The notes: a model not told the origin generated them from the letters alone. Positions 1-14,836 are shown, counted from the first letter of the stretch. The stretch: DNA of 64,000 nt from Geosiphon pyriformis uo1 (GCA_016748015.1 JAAOMT010000239.1:618346-682345); one strand, 5' to 3'. Program-made: numbers and translations.

Positions 1-447
1 TTTTTAAAATATATTTTATTTTTGAATTGTACTAAATAAGGATGAATCTAAAATAAGATAATTTTTTTTAAAAAGAAAAGCTTTTCTTTTATACAACTTG
101 TTGTAATACTAGTTTATGAACTTGAATTTTTTTTTGTTTTAATTTCAACAAACTAAAGATATATTTTGACAAACTATAAATTATTTCTACAAACTATAAA
201 TAATTTTGGTAAATTATTAATATATTTTGTAAATTTCTACAAATTTCGGCAAATTCTTGAATGTTACAGAATTTAGAGTATTGCATAATCTGATTATTAC
301 AATTGTGTATTGTACAAATTGAATTATTAATTGGATAATAATATTTGATAATTTGATTAATTTATAAGTAATAATATATACTAATTAATAATAGAAATTA
401 TAAAAGTAATTTTATGTTAATTAATAGCTAAAATTTTATTAGTAATA
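1..447 (-). repeat. Degraded LTR, family X/X2 (related to 49003-49796 and 50710-51697)
   Basis: Alignable by eye to the reverse complement of the 49003 LTR start (ttaatagctaaaattttattagtaata vs taattaatagctaaaattctactggtaaca) and to 41080-41530; heavy C>T/G>A decay. Confidence 0.75.
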
Positions 448-719
448 ATGTAAAGAATAACTTGGTAAAAAACTCATAAAAAAATAGTAAAAAAACTTAA
501 GAATAGCTTACCAAAAAAGCATGATTTTTAGAATAAATTAGTCATGTTAAAAACAAAAATTAAAGAAAACTATTAATTAAATCTTTGTTCATTATACAAA
601 AAATTTAACCAAAATTTTTAGACTTCAAAACCTTTAGAAATTATTATTAGACTTAATTATTAAGCACCAAGTTATAGGTTTATTATTTGTTTTAATATCT
701 CAAATAATTATCTGTAATA
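448..719 (+). repeat. Degraded 3' part of a family Y LTR, interrupted by the X-type LTR at 1-447
   Basis: Matches 17880-18178, including aagcaccaagttataggtttattatttg and the terminal tgtaata (degenerate TGTAACA). Confidence 0.7.
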
Positions 720-1325
720 ATATCTTTACTTAATCAATTTTTCAAGTTATCTGATTTTAAAAATTAAGCTAACTAGATTAAAACTAAATTGTTTGTTTTT
801 TTTCTGTTTTTTAATACTGTTTTTAATGATATTTAAGAGATTATTACTTGTTATTAAAGATTTTTTGAATAAATAACTTTTATTTTAATATCTAATATTA
901 TATTCAATATTAAATTAGTCTTAATTAATTTTTTGTTTCATTTATTATTTGGTTTATTAAACTTAAATCTGTTTTCAAGAACAATATTAAGCTATTTTGT
1001 GTAAATTTTATTTTTAAAATCTCTTTAATTACTGTTGCCAAAATTTTTATTGGTAATTTTTTTTTCTTAATTATATTTAAGATTGTAAAATTTTTTGTAG
1101 TAATTTTTGCTTTTTTTTTGTCTATTTTTATTGCACTTTAAGATATCTCTCTTAACATATTTTTCAATAACATTAAAAATATTTTTAATGTTTTTGGTGC
1201 TATTATTTTAGTAAAATTAAAGTCTGTTGACTTGTAATAATATATTATTATTATTTTTAAGTACTTTTTTTGTTATTGCTGCTCTTAATAATTGGTTTGT
1301 ATTAATTAAAAAAATAATATTTGGA
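720..1325 (+). pseudogene. Relic of a LINE ORF1-like (RRM + CCHC type) element, family Z; left part, interrupted by the LINE at 1326-8110
   Basis: Colinear with 16640-17240 and 60430-61020; the sequence resumes in register at ~8111. Confidence 0.6.
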
Positions 1326-1422
1326 TTTTTTTTTTTTTTTTTAATGCAATTAACAAGTGAAGTCCAACTACTATCTAGCACATAGAGCCAAACTAAGAGA
1401 TTCAAACTAAATGCAGCTCACA

Positions 1423-1472
1423 CACTTTCTACATGTGGCTAGCCACTCAGGCCAGACAAGACAATACTACAC
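1423..1472 (-). promoter_or_regulatory. Conserved LINE 3' UTR stem-loop (CTGGCC-TGAGT-GGCTAG)
   Basis: Near-identical ~50 nt block at 15711-15760 in a diverged LINE; pairing is retained in both. Confidence 0.6.
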
Positions 1473-4400
1473 ATCTAAAACAACACGCGGACTACCATCT
1501 AAACCAGAAAAAAAAAAGCAAGACCTACAACAACCAAAACTAACAGCAAAAGAGCCAATGATACCAAGCATTCTCACTACCTTGCCGGACAACAAAGAAC
1601 TTGCACACTAAGACAAACCAGAAACCAACGCGTCATCACCAACCAAACCTGCCACTTCCATTTTCACTCTGTATGCAGACCTCACCAACCAGGCTTTAGA
1701 GCAATACAACTCAACAAAATGCCCAACAAAATCAATAACAGCACTAATGGTTTTCTTTTTACTATCAAAAATCTCCATAGTCTCCACACACCAATTCTTT
1801 AGCACAAACCCCTTACATAGAATGGAATACAAACCAACATCCAAAAAACACCGATCAAGAGATCACAAAACAGCAGAAGACAACAAGCTACAAGATCCAG
1901 CTAAGGACATCCAGTCAGCAGAAGCCACAGCCAAAATCTCCTTCTGAATCTCTGCATTATGGAAACACGTGAAAACATGATCTGACAACTCCATTTCACA
2001 ACACAACAAACACAGCACATCAGGGTAACATTTATTATATAGCTGTTTCCTTACTGCCACAGGAAGCTAATGGTGTACAGCTTTTATTAAATAAGTGCGA
2101 AAACAGGAAGACCTCTGACTAATAAAACCAGCAAACATATGTAAATCAGGATGCCACACCCTAATGGTAGCATCCCAATCAATAATCTCAACCAACCAGA
2201 TAGGAATTATGTCTTAACCAGAGCCTGCCTCCCACCAAGCATGGCAAATGAACCTATACAAATTCTGAACAAAATAACAAGCATTGCCAGACATAAGTGT
2301 GTTCTCAGCAACCAAAAAATGCTCATGGACACCAACAGACAAAGAAAACTGAGAGAAAGCGGCATCTCCAGCAGCTGCATCTGCTCTAACATTGCCATGA
2401 ACTTCAGAATGTTCTTTAACCTTGACCCATTGTACAAAAAGATTTTTGTCATGAACCAAATTAAAAATCCGGTGCCTCTCTAACCAACACGAGGAGCGGA
2501 AATTAGGCACAGATAATAACATCTCAGAAATGCATGCATCAATGGCCGTCTGACTATCAGAATGCAATACTACAGTACAAGAAGAAGAAACACACTCCAA
2601 TGCCAAAGCAATGGCCTGCAGTTCGGCCATAATAGAAGACAACAGCCCAAAAACCCTAATGCCAACACCTAAATCAAGAGCAAAAAAATAAGCAGCTGCT
2701 TCACTGACAACATTAGCACAACCATAATTCCTAACAGAACCATCCGTAAAAGCTTCAAAAGAACCAGACCAAATCCTATGCAACTCATCTTGAACAACAG
2801 AAAACTCTTCGGTATCCAAGACACTCAAACCAGAAAAACAAGTAGATCCCACAGAGGCAGCCAAGAAAGTGCCCCCACCACAAAGAAACTCAGATACCAC
2901 CCTAAACCAGCGAGAAGCAGGACTCCTTGGATCTAGTCTTTTCCAATGCCTAAAAGTCTCCCAACTCATAACACACCCTTTTTTATCGAACAGTTTATCA
3001 CCAAAAGCCACACCAAACTACTTCAATAAATGAACAGAATCGAAAAATAGAGAACCCCCCAGAATAGAAGACACAGGAAAACAACCAGGACTACAGAATG
3101 CATTGGGCAAATTATTGGCCAGAGACAGCTCATTACACAGAAAAATTCTAACCAAACCGGCCAGAAAATTGTTTACAGGACTAATACACAACCTAACAGA
3201 AAACTGTAAAGGATTCAGAAGAGACCACCCCAGAACCTGCAAATCAAAAAACCTGCTCAAACAAACATCCAAGAATACCAAAAGAATTGGAAAATGAGAT
3301 CAAGGCAGCCAACTTTCCTTTGGACTGCACCTGCTCAAAAGATTTTAGACCATACAAAGAGGAATAAGACAAAGCCTCGGTGAAGAAATCATGAGCCAAA
3401 CCAACTTTGGACTTAAGACCCTTTCTCAACATCACATTCCATTTGCAACATACAAATGATGAAACAAAGCTGAACTGAGTGTGATAGCTGACAATAGGCT
3501 GCAGAACAGCCGACACCAAATACAAGAACTGTTTATTGGTAATAGTCTTTCTAAGAACCACATTAGAAAAAAAACGTACATCAAAATGTGCCTTGGCCAG
3601 ACTTGGCTTTGAAAGCCTGTCAGTAGACAAAAAGATCCCCAGATAATGATGAGTCTTACCCTTCTTAGCAATTGAGATGGGAAGACCACTAATACACAAA
3701 GACACAACCTTAACACCCTGGTTGATTAGAATGACCACAGTCTTTTCGTTGTTGATAGAAATGTCATTAAGAGCAAAAAACCCACTTGCAATGTCCAAAA
3801 TATTCTGAGTAGCAGTTCAACAATTCTCAATCCAGATTGTATCATCAACAAAAGCACCAGCCACAAAATAAAAAGAAAATCCACTACTGTCCCCAATATG
3901 GCTAGATTTCAAAACAAACTTGGAATTCAACTGGTATCCAAAAAATTGTTTGTGCTTTTTAATCTCACACAGAAGTGGATTATAAAAAATCCTTCACAAG
4001 AGAGGTGAGAAAACCTTACCCTGATCCAGCCCATCACACACCACATAACCATTTGAGAGTCCAAAGTCAGTCATAACCCTGTTAACTCTATTCTCATGGA
4101 TGTTAGCAAAAAATGACACAAATTTCTCACATATCTTAACACACTGCAGGCTTGCTCTTAAGTGGTGTCATCCAACTGAGTCGTATGCTTTGTGCATATC
4201 CTACAAGACTAACCAAACCTCCCTGTTCTTCTCAAGAGCATCCTTGACCACAGACCTAATTGCAAACACCAAAGATTGCATAGAAGTACCTTTCAGCACC
4301 AAAAAATTATTACCTCGAAGAACACCAAATTTGCTGCATGCCAAAGAAATACGATCTGACAAAATCTTAGAGAAAATTTTCCTAGCCGTCTCGATCAAAG

Positions 4401-6156
4401 CAATGAGTTAGGTGTTTGTGAGAATTCTATCCCAGTTATAAGGTTTAGGGATCATGGAAACCCAAGCTCTTTTCCACAAAACAGGCACATTCCCTACAGT
4501 CAAACATGAATTCAGCAAACCCAAAAGACACTTCAACACCATGTCACCACAGTGTTTCCACAACTTATTAGGAATACCAGACAAACCAGCAGCTTTGCCA
4601 TTAGGTAAATTATTAACCACCAAAAGCAATTCACTCATATCAATTAAGTGCATCACACCAGAAAAAGTATCATCTTTTACATAATCCAATAGAGCATACT
4701 GACAAGTCCAGATATTAGGCACAACTAAAAGCACAGTCCTTTTTCTAGTCCAGCCTTCCATGATTTCATCAACATCAAGTTTTACCATATCTGGCTCCAG
4801 CACCAAATCATCACCAACAACCAAATAATTAAGGACCACCTTGTGGAAAAGCCAATCTAACATACTTTTAATCATTGCACTCTTATCAGAACAAAATTTT
4901 TCCATGCGGCACTCAATGGCCTTCTAAACAGAAGCTTCCTTAGCCAACTTTGACTTATACATCTTGGATTTTTTGTACTCCTTCCGAAATAATAACAATT
5001 GTCTTAAGACATCTGAAGACCTGCCACCAACCTGAATCATATTGGCAATCACGGCAGCCTTACTACCATCCAGTTTGGCCCAGACATTAATAAGCTAATT
5101 GACTCTTTACAAATCACCCAATTCTAGTCCTTTAACAACTTTAGCAACTAACAGTTCCAACCTGAAAAACCTAGAAAAAAACTTGTTCCTGGAGCACTAA
5201 AACTCACTGAACCAATGTCTTGAAAATATCTTATCTGCTGAGTCTACCAACATCTTTTTCAAAAGAACCCATATGCCATCCACATCAGCATAAGCCAGAG
5301 CATCCAAAAACTCACCAGACACAGCCAAAAGCTCAGCAGAAGAGCAGTCCCTAAATTGAGACTATTTGGTCTCATCAGCAGCCTTAATGAGAAACTTCTA
5401 GTAATCTTTGTTAGCCTGCTTGCACAAGCTATTCAAATGGCCATCCAAAAGACCACCCAAACCAATAGAGACAGAAACTGCATGGTAATCAGTGTCAAAA
5501 AAGTCAAAAACAGAGCCAACTCCATGGCCAGCAACAGCAAATACCAAACTTTCACTAACAAAAATAAAATCAATAGTCTTTTTGACCCCCTTAGAATTGC
5601 TCTATGTAGAATCACTAACCAAAAGGTGGCCAGCAAATGAGTTGACCAAACCCAACTCCAGACAGAATTTGAAACTCGCACTTCTTCCAGATCCATTTTC
5701 ATTGAAATTCCCACCCAGAACAACAAAACAGCTGGAGTTAACAGCTTTAGCAATGACAGAGTTCACTTCAAAAGTCTGACCAAAACAAGTTCCAGAAAAT
5801 GCACCTGCATACAAACCAATAACAGACACTAAAAGCTTATTTTTGAATAAGAAACACATCACTATAACTTGACCAGAAACTTCCTCAATTTTAGTGACAT
5901 GACAGGCCAAAGAGTTGGCCATAATAATAGCCACTCCAGCACCATGAAAACCCTTATCCAAACCCGAAGAAAAAATCTGCACACCATCAAATTTATTCAC
6001 AATCTATGGCCTAGTTGAAGACCTTAACTTTGTTTCCGTGATAATAGAAATCAAATTTCCAGAATCAAAATGCCAATGCACAACATCCTCTTGTTTAGCA
6101 GGAATGTTGATACCATGAACATTACATGTAGCCACCTTCCAAACCAAGTCACTCAT
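1467..6156 (-). pseudogene. LINE ORF2: APE endonuclease, reverse transcriptase, RNase H, C-terminal Cys/His finger; many stops and frameshifts
   Basis: Endonuclease WKVATCNVHGIN, ITETKL, VLGGNFNE; RT KAAGLSGIPN, WVSMIPKP, FVDDT-type region ~3840; RNase H FTDGS, AELQAI, HSDSQ, WVKVKEHS..GNVRAD; CLLC..ELSDHVFTC; stop at 1467-1469. Confidence 0.9.
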
Positions 6157-7966
6157 TGGGGTGAAGAGATCAAAGACAAACCCGAACCAGAACACAGAAG
6201 ATCTAATCTCACCAGAATTAAACTGAACAAAGTCTTTAGAGCAGACATCTTAAATTCCAAACTACCCATCTTGGAGGTAAAGATCTTTGAACCACTTGAA
6301 CTGAGAACAGCAGCAGACTCACCACCACCAGAAAAGGGAGAATTAGCTAAAGCCAATGCATCATCCAAAGCCATATCTGAATCCACAACTGGAACCAAAG
6401 GCACAGAAGCAGCCAAAAGAGAAGCACAAACAGAAGATGCCAATGGTACCAGTTCAACAAAACTCAATTTTTTAAGAATAACAGAAACTTGATCCAAAAG
6501 AATCTTCAAAGAGCACTCTAACACCACCAAATGATTATTTAGATTGACAACCTGATAACAAGAAGAACTGAATAATGGAGACGCACCATTAGAAAGCAAC
6601 CCAAAGCCAGAAGAGGAGCCACCAGAAGGGAAGGCAGAGGACACCACTTAAGCCCATGATTTACCACCAAAGGCAGCTGGGCAAGAAATAGGAACATTTT
6701 TTCTGGCATACAATTTGGCTAGCTGAAGGCGAGATGCACCAAAAGAAGATTTCTTCTTCAAATTGGGAAGTACAGGAGGTAATACATCAGAGACAACACA
6801 CTTGAGAGCCGAATGTCCAAAACGCCCACATCTACCACACCGAACCAGCTCTAATCTAGCCCACAATAATCAAACACCACCAAGAATTGGCTTAGTGTAA
6901 AAAGCAGACTCCAACATTTCATCAAATTCAAAGCACACTACAGCACAGCAAAACTGATTGCCAGTCTTCAATGATCTATTGATGATACAAATTTTTCCTC
7001 CAGCCCCATCTAAGAGCATACCAAGATTATGCACAGTAGTGCCCGCAGGCAAAGTAAACAACAGTGCTCTAAACTGATTCCTAAAAGTCCATATATTACA
7101 ATTTCCCACAGCTATAACCACACAAATGAAATCTTTCTCAATCAGGAATGACCATCTTGAAGCCAATTGCACAGCCTGATCTGAATCAGCAAATTCTACC
7201 ACAGCCTTCTGCCACATGCCAACCAACTGGATTTTGATTGACTTAATTATCCCAAACTCAGAGACTATGACGATGATTATGTCTTTAGGTGTATTCATGG
7301 GAATTTCTTTAATCACCACAGCCCAATCTGAATGAAGCCCTTGTTTCCTCACATTATTGTTTACGATGATCCCTCCTTTTTCAGCCAATGATACAGCTTT
7401 CCTTATGCTCTCCTCAGATGTAAATGTTGATCGGATGATCTCTTCAAATTTTGAGGGGGTAGTGGTCCTTTCAAAACCATTGATCTTTGAAAAAATTTTC
7501 CTAATTAATTGAGTTTTTGCTGTCATTGATTTGCCTTCAACAGCTGAAAGATTGATATCCAAGGCAAAAGATTTTTTGATAGACACCTCCACTTGAGTTT
7601 TGGTAATAATAAGATTGACTCATTTACTATTAAAAGAGGCTTTCTTTATTGAAAGTGGAAGAGATTTCACCTCTTCATCTATGGTAAAGTTGGGAAAGCT
7701 GAGGGAGGAGCCAAAATCTATGCCAGTACTTAATCTATTTGCCTTTGGAGTATTAACAGCCGAATCCAGAAGAGAGCCAAACATATTAATGTCATTTTCA
7801 TTACTAGATAAGCTTTCTACATCAGAAAAAACACTATAACTAGAACCAGGCTTCAGAGAGATGTCCTGCTTATTGTGATATTTCCAAGAATGACTTTCTT
7901 TTTTTGAGTAAAAAAACCACCAGCAGAACCATGAAAAGCACCTTTAGATGCCTTTTTCTTTGACAT
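6153..7966 (-). pseudogene. LINE ORF1 (Gag-like, RRM-like region plus CCHC knuckle)
   Basis: ORF fragments 6870-7592, 6648-6866 (CGRCGRFGHSALKC) and 6153-6647 share one frame; ATG at 7966 (MSKKKASKGAFHG). Confidence 0.85.
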
Positions 7967-8110
7967 ATTGCCACCAGAAGCAGTTTCCGAATCCACAACA
8001 AAAGGTTTATTAATTAAAGAAATGTTGATATAATACTAACAAGAAAAAAACAAAAACTTTTTTTTCAGAATATAACTTATTGAAGTTTTTAGAAGTAAGA
8101 GAGAAAGAAG

Positions 8111-10600
8111 TTTTTAAATTTTTTTTTTATTTTTTAATCAAAAATAATTATTATCTTACATAATATTTTTAAAATTAAATTAATCAATTTTTTTTTGGTT
8201 GTATTGCTTTTAAAATCAATAATAAAATTTTTTAGGTAGATAATTATATTTTGTTTTATTTTTTATTCTCTTAATTCTTATTATTATTAATGTTCTGTCA
8301 TTATAATATTTAATTTTTATAATTTTTTGAATCTTATTATTACAAAAACTATTACTTTAAACAAATATTATATTTAATAAAAAATTCTTAAGTGTTATTA
8401 TTATTATAAATATTAAAATTTGAATTATTTGTTTAAGTATTATTATCTTTTTTTTAGATTGTTTATTAAGCTTTTTGTTAATTTTAAGTCTTTTTTTTTA
8501 ATTACTAGTAAATTTTATGCTAAAATTTTTGTTTTTTAACTTCTTTTTATATTGCTTTTCTAGTTATTTTTGTTGTTAATTTCCAAATTAATTCTAAATT
8601 GAATTCTCTAAAATTGCAAATTAAGAATCTAATTAATTTAATAAAATTTATTATCAAATCTATTAATTTTTTGGTTATTTTGGTTATTTTTTTTTGTTTA
8701 AGAACATGCACAAAAATTACAAAATAAAAAAAATTTACTTATTATACTTAATATTTTTAAAAACCTTGCTTCTGTTTTGGCTAATATGTTTAAAAACTTT
8801 ACTAATTTTAAAGCTAAAGTTAAGTTTAATAACATAAATAATAATAAGTTTAATGCTATTAAAACACTTTTTTTAAGTAAAAAAACCTGTAATTATATGA
8901 TTATTTTGTAATAAATATGTAATTTTGATGTTAAAGATAATATTAAAAAAACTAAATTGTTTTTTAGTAAGTTTATTTTTGATTTTAAAAATTTAAATAG
9001 TATTATTAAAAAACTTAATAAGTTAAGTTTATTTTTAGCTTTTTTTGATTTAGCTTAATTAATATTTTAACTAATTTAAATAATTTGTTACTTATAAAAA
9101 TACATAATTTATATTTAATTTAAGTTATTTAGTTTAATATATTATATTAAATAGTGTTTTGACATATTTTGTTAAAATATAAAAAAAAATTAAATTAATT
9201 AAACAAAAATTCAATTTTTTTTTAAAAAATATTGTTAATTTTAATAATTTTTAAAAATTTTTAAAAATTTTAAATAAATAATTTTTACTTTAATATTTAA
9301 TAAAATTATTGAAAATAAATTGGCTTATATAAAGATTGTGCTTTAATTTTTATATGATTTTTTTAGTTTAAAATTAATTATTAATAATAATATTTGGTTT
9401 TTTGTATTTTAATTTTTTTTTAAATATTATTAATTAAATTAAGTTTGTTAATTTGATTTTTATTATTATTTTTAAGATTGTAAAATCTTTTATAATATTA
9501 AAATTTGTTTTTGTTTTTGTTATTATTATTTTGTATAATATTTTTTAAATACAATTATAAATAATATTAAAAATATTTAATTGTTTTTATAAAGTATTTA
9601 ATATTAAGTTAATATTTATTAAATAATAATAATATAATATTGTTTATTTTAAATTTTGTGTATTTTTAAATATTGTTTTTTAGTTTATTAATTAATTTCA
9701 ATAATAAAAAATAATATTAAATGTTTTTTTAAGCTAATTTTTTAAGTTTTTTGTTGTTTTTAAAGTTTTTTTAATAAAATTTAAGTTTGTTTTTTATTAG
9801 TTTTATTAATAAAATATATAAATTTAAATTGGTTTTTTTGAAATCTAAGTTGTTTAATTTAGTTAAATTTATAAATAAAAACATTAATTTTTTGGTAAAT
9901 TAAAATATTAAATATTTTTAATTTAAAAAATAAATAATTATTTATTAACTTTAATTTAAATGGTTAATTATATGTAAAAAATGTATAAATTAAGTCAATA
10001 AATTAATTTTTAAAATTAAAAAATAGAAACTATATTTTGTTAAAACCAAAAAAAAATTATAGTTAATAAAACCATTTTTTTAAAAAACTAATAATTTTAC
10101 AATTATTCAAATACCAATTTTAAATTTAAATATAATATTATTGAAATTAAACATTTAAAAATAATTATAAATTAATACTTTAAATTAATTTTTAATTTTT
10201 AAAAATATAAATTGTTATATTAAAAAATTTTTACTGTTACAAGTTTTTTTTTATATAAATTTGGTTAAACAAATAGTAAAAATTCCAATTAATTTTATTT
10301 ACAAGTGTTTAATAGAATTTAAGATTTAAAATTTGTAAAAACCAATTAAAAATTTTAATAAATTATTTTTATGTTAAATAATAATATTTTTTACAATTTA
10401 AATTTTTTTTAAAAAACACCAGATATTTGAAATTTAATTGTTTATATAGTTTATTACAATCTTAATAAACTTTTTTGTTTAAAAATATAATTTTTTAAAA
10501 TAATTTCTAAAATAATAATTTATAAATAATTTTAATTCAACAATAAAATAAATAAATTGATGACTAATTTAAAAGTTATTATATATATATTAATATAATC
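8111..10600 (+). repeat. Extremely AT-rich transposon relics: continuation of the Z copy, and a second Z-like copy at ~9200-9900
   Basis: 8120-8400 aligns with 61015-61300; 9260-9600 aligns with 16740-17100; almost no CpG. Confidence 0.5.
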
Positions 10601-11403
10601 AATCAGTTAATGGTTTGTTAAAAATGATGATGAAATTGAAAACTTCAATTTTTGATTGGTTTAAAAATAGTGTTAACCCATCAATATTTTAACGACGTAA
10701 ATAAACAACTTTTTAATTAATCTATAATCATATTTAAATTTATGATAAAAATTAATAAACCTACCATTTATTCGTAAATGAAATAAAAGGATACTAAATT
10801 AAAATATGTTTATATTTCATAATTGCCTTAATTATAACTAATATATATATTACAGTCCTAATTATAATGGCGATAGGCATGCACTTATTGCAAGCGCTTC
10901 TTCTTGAAGCTTTTAGTGAACAGAGGGATAAATAAAAATGGTGGCGACGGGAATAAATATAAGATTTGATGATATCAAAAATAAAATTTACGTGTCGGCC
11001 TTTTTTGGAATTTAGAAACACGATAAGTTTTGGCCCTCACAGAATGTGCATCACACGAAGCGTAAATATTTTTTATTAGTATTGTTGTTGTTATATAAAG
11101 AAATTGAACTATTCATTTAATTTAGGTAACAAGACAATGTGACAATGAGAAACTTGTCTGGCGTCTCTGTGCATTATAGCTACTTAGATTTGTTCATAGT
11201 TAAACCTATTTAGTATGATTTGTAGCGAATCACAGTCTGATGAATAAGGTTAATAAATTGATTTGTTACACTATGCGAAACAATATAAATAAGAACTCAC
11301 CTTTAGATAAATAACTATAAATGTACTATCAAATAAACCTTTAAAGAAACCCTCTTTGAATAATAACTTATTCACATTTTATTCTTTGTCCGTTATTTAT
11401 ATC

Positions 11404-12878
11404 ATGGAAAACAAAGAAATTAAAAGAACAACTCGTCCATACGCTCATAATTGCAATGAATGTCAACGGTGTCAACAGAGTATTAAAAATAATTATAATC
11501 ATTGTAGAGCATGCTGGTTCATGTTTTTTGAAAAACATTATAAAGACTTTTCAAGTGGCAATGAAGAAGTTGATAAAATAATTAAGAATCCAATCTATAT
11601 TCATAATAATGGTGAATTGAATTACTATGAATGGATTCCATGGGAGCGTTTGTTGTATATCAACGAAATTGCTAGAGGAGGGTTTGGTATAATTTATAAA
11701 GCAACCCTAATTGATGGATTAATTGATAAATCTACAATAAAACATGATGGTTCAATGGAATATGAAAGACATAAGAAAGGGATAGAAGTGGCAATAAAAA
11801 TTATAAAAACGAACAGTTCAGAAGTGTTTAAAGAGGTAAGCAAACTATTTATATTTATATATTAATTTAATTCACATTTACCTATTATTTAATTACTATA
11901 TATATTATCTATTTACTTAATCTTTTTTACACTGTGTTTTGATAGTTATATATTCAAAGAGCTATGTTTAGTTATAAGGGATATGAAAGTACTTGTGTCT
12001 CTAAAATATTGGGGATTACGCAAAACGCTGAAACACTCGAGTATGGAATTTTGATGGAGTTTGCCGAACATGGAGATATGCGAAAATATTTGTCAACAAA
12101 TTTTCATTCTACGAGTTGGAATAATAAATTACGTATCGCACTTCATATAACTATTGGACTTAATTTAATTCATTCTTCTGGTATGGTTCATCGTGATTTA
12201 CACTCGGGCAACATCCTACAATTAAGTGAAAACTGGGTAAATATTGGAGACCTCGGATTATGTCAACCTACAAACCATGAAGCAACAACAACAGAGGAAA
12301 AAAAGATATTCGGAGTGATTCCATATATTCCACCAGAAGTTTTAAGAGGAGAAAAGTTTACAAAAGCTGGTGATATTTACAGTCTAGGAATGTTATTATG
12401 GGAATTGTCAACAGGAAAACCTCCTTTTCATGATTGTCCTCATGACGAAATCCTTATAATGGCTATTTTAAATGGTCAAAGACTTAATATTACCTCCCCA
12501 CTTATTCCACCTCCAATTGCTAAACTCATTAAAAAGTGTTGGAATGCTAATCCTAAGAATCGTCCTACTGCTAGAGAACTTACAGGAAAGTTTAGGAAAC
12601 TTCTTGATTTGTATAATAATCATATATTTAGATTGATATACTTTGGGAAATCAGATAAACTCATAAGAAAAATAGCAAAAAATGACTCGATAACAACAAA
12701 GATAGCAATTCATCCAGAAGCAGTTTATACAAGTCGTCTTTTAACTGCTCAAATGGTCAATTTTTCAACAGGTTTGTTTATTTAATTTATAAAATGATTC
12801 ATTTTATTTGCTTTAATTACATATTTTAACTTTCTTTTTAAAGAATTAGTCTATTTACCTGAGAGTAAAAAAAGGTGA
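11404..12878 (+). CDS. Tyrosine-kinase-like (TKL) protein kinase; exons 11404-11835, 11946-12771, 12844-12878
   Basis: Motifs IARGGFGIIYKA, VAIK, HRDLHSGN, DLG, PYIPPE, DIYSLG, CW..NPKNRPT; GT-AG introns 11836-11945 (phase 0) and 12772-12843 (phase 1) join the exons in frame. Confidence 0.9.
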
Positions 12879-13099
12879 TGAAAATTTTGAGTGTAATCGT
12901 TTAAATGAGTTTAAATAGATTTAATCATATTTTGTTTCTTTTTAATTATAAACCAATCATAAATCAATCACAATTAGATTAGAATTATATTTTATATTTA
13001 GCAAAATTATCTTTTATTAATAAATTTAAATATATACATGTAACATTCTGTGGAAAAATTATTTTGCTAAAAATATCTTCATTTGCCATTTTACCGTTT

Positions 13100-14800
13100 T
13101 AAAAAAAAAAATTTCATTATCTTTTAATATTCATAATGTTGATTTAATAGTTTTGGCTTGAGTTTTTTGTATAAAAAACAGATATTCAATAATCTAATAA
13201 TTTTCAACAGATTTATTTTGGTGTTTTTTATTTTTTAAATAGGTTATTAATTTTAAAGAGTTAATTTTATATTTATAGTATATATTTTTTACCAAATTTT
13301 TATTAATGTCATAATCTTATTTTTATATTTTTTCAATAAATAAATTTAACAATAATAATAAAACAGCAAATAAAATAAAAATAAAATAAAAATAAAAAAT
13401 TAGTACTTATAATTAAGAATTATTAGTTTAAAGTAATAGTATTTTAATTATGTTTTTGGCATTTGTTATTTTGTAGTTTTAATAATAATGTTTATTAAGA
13501 ATAATTTTAACTTAAAGATAATAATAGTTTTTAATTCTTTTGTTAAGTTAATTTTTATATATTTTTATATATTTTTTAATATTTTTTTGTTATTTATTAT
13601 ATATATATATATTTCTAATAATACAAAATATTTTGGAATTTTTAATTATTTTTGGTATTTTTGGCATTTTTAAAAAAATTTTAGATTTTTTTTAGTAATT
13701 TTAATATTCTATTATTTAATTAGTTTAATATTATTTATTTATTTTTATTATTTATTATTTTTGTTATTTAATAATACCAATAAACTAATAAATAAAAATT
13801 TTTACTACACAAAAAACTTAACAAAATGTTTATAAAAAACAACAAAAATAGTTTTATAAACAAAAGCTAAATAATTTAAACTTTAATATTTATAATAGTT
13901 TTAATAATTAAAAGTTTTTTACCAAATACAACTTTTATGTAAAATATTATTTTTAATAACTATTTTATTAAAAACTTTCTTAAACTTAAAAACAATAATA
14001 ATAGATTTTTAATAACATAAAAATTAAAATATTTAATTATCAACTTAAAAAACCAAATTACTTATTATATAAGCTATATAAACAAAAAAATTAGTTAATT
14101 TGGCTTTAAAAACATTATAAAAAGCAATAATTTTTTTTATTTAACAAAAAAAAGATTTTAATATTATTTTTTATTATTAAAACTAACTAATAAGCAAAAA
14201 AAGTTTTAATAATATTAAGAAACTTAAAATATACAATAATATAATATTACAAATCAACAAATTTTAGTTTAATATTTACAATATTATTAAAAAAAATATT
14301 CAAAAAAATATTATATAAAGTTAAAACAAAAACAAATAACAAATAATTTTGTAATTTCAAAAATAGTAAAAAAACAAAAAACTTAATTTAAACAGAAATA
14401 TTTAAAAAATCTTAAAATATAAATTTTATATAAAAAAATTTTATATTAATTAACATTAAAATATACAAATTAAAAAACAAATTTAACATAAGTTGATTTA
14501 ATTTTAGCAATTTTATTAAATATTAAAATAAAAACTATTTATTTAAAAATTTTTTAATAATTTATAATAATTTTTTAATTATTATTAAAAACAGTATTTT
14601 TAAAGAACAAAGAAAAAAATAATTTTTAATTTTTATTTAATTAATTTAATTTTTAAATATTAAATATTTTAATAAATTAATTAGTTAAAATTATATATAA
14701 AAACATAGTTTTTTTTGTTTTTAAATTAATAAAAATTAGTCTGAATTTAATATATTAAGCAATTCAATTATATATTAATTAAAATCAATTTTAATAAATA

Positions 14801-14836
<36 letters not shown>

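Larger units (their letters stand above)
1326..8110 (-). mobile_element. Full-length decayed non-LTR retrotransposon (LINE; APE endonuclease-RT-RNase H, Tad1/I-group-like)
   Basis: Poly(A) tail (T-run 1326-1342), ORF1 and ORF2 fragments in the correct order, inserted into a Z relic with a probable degenerate TSD (tttggatttt / tttaaatttt). Confidence 0.9.

Noticed and set aside
1467-6156. Alternative genetic code to explain frequent in-frame stops
   Set aside because: The stops fit C>T/G>A changes of Gln, Arg and Trp codons, frameshifts also occur, and the kinase reads normally in the standard code.
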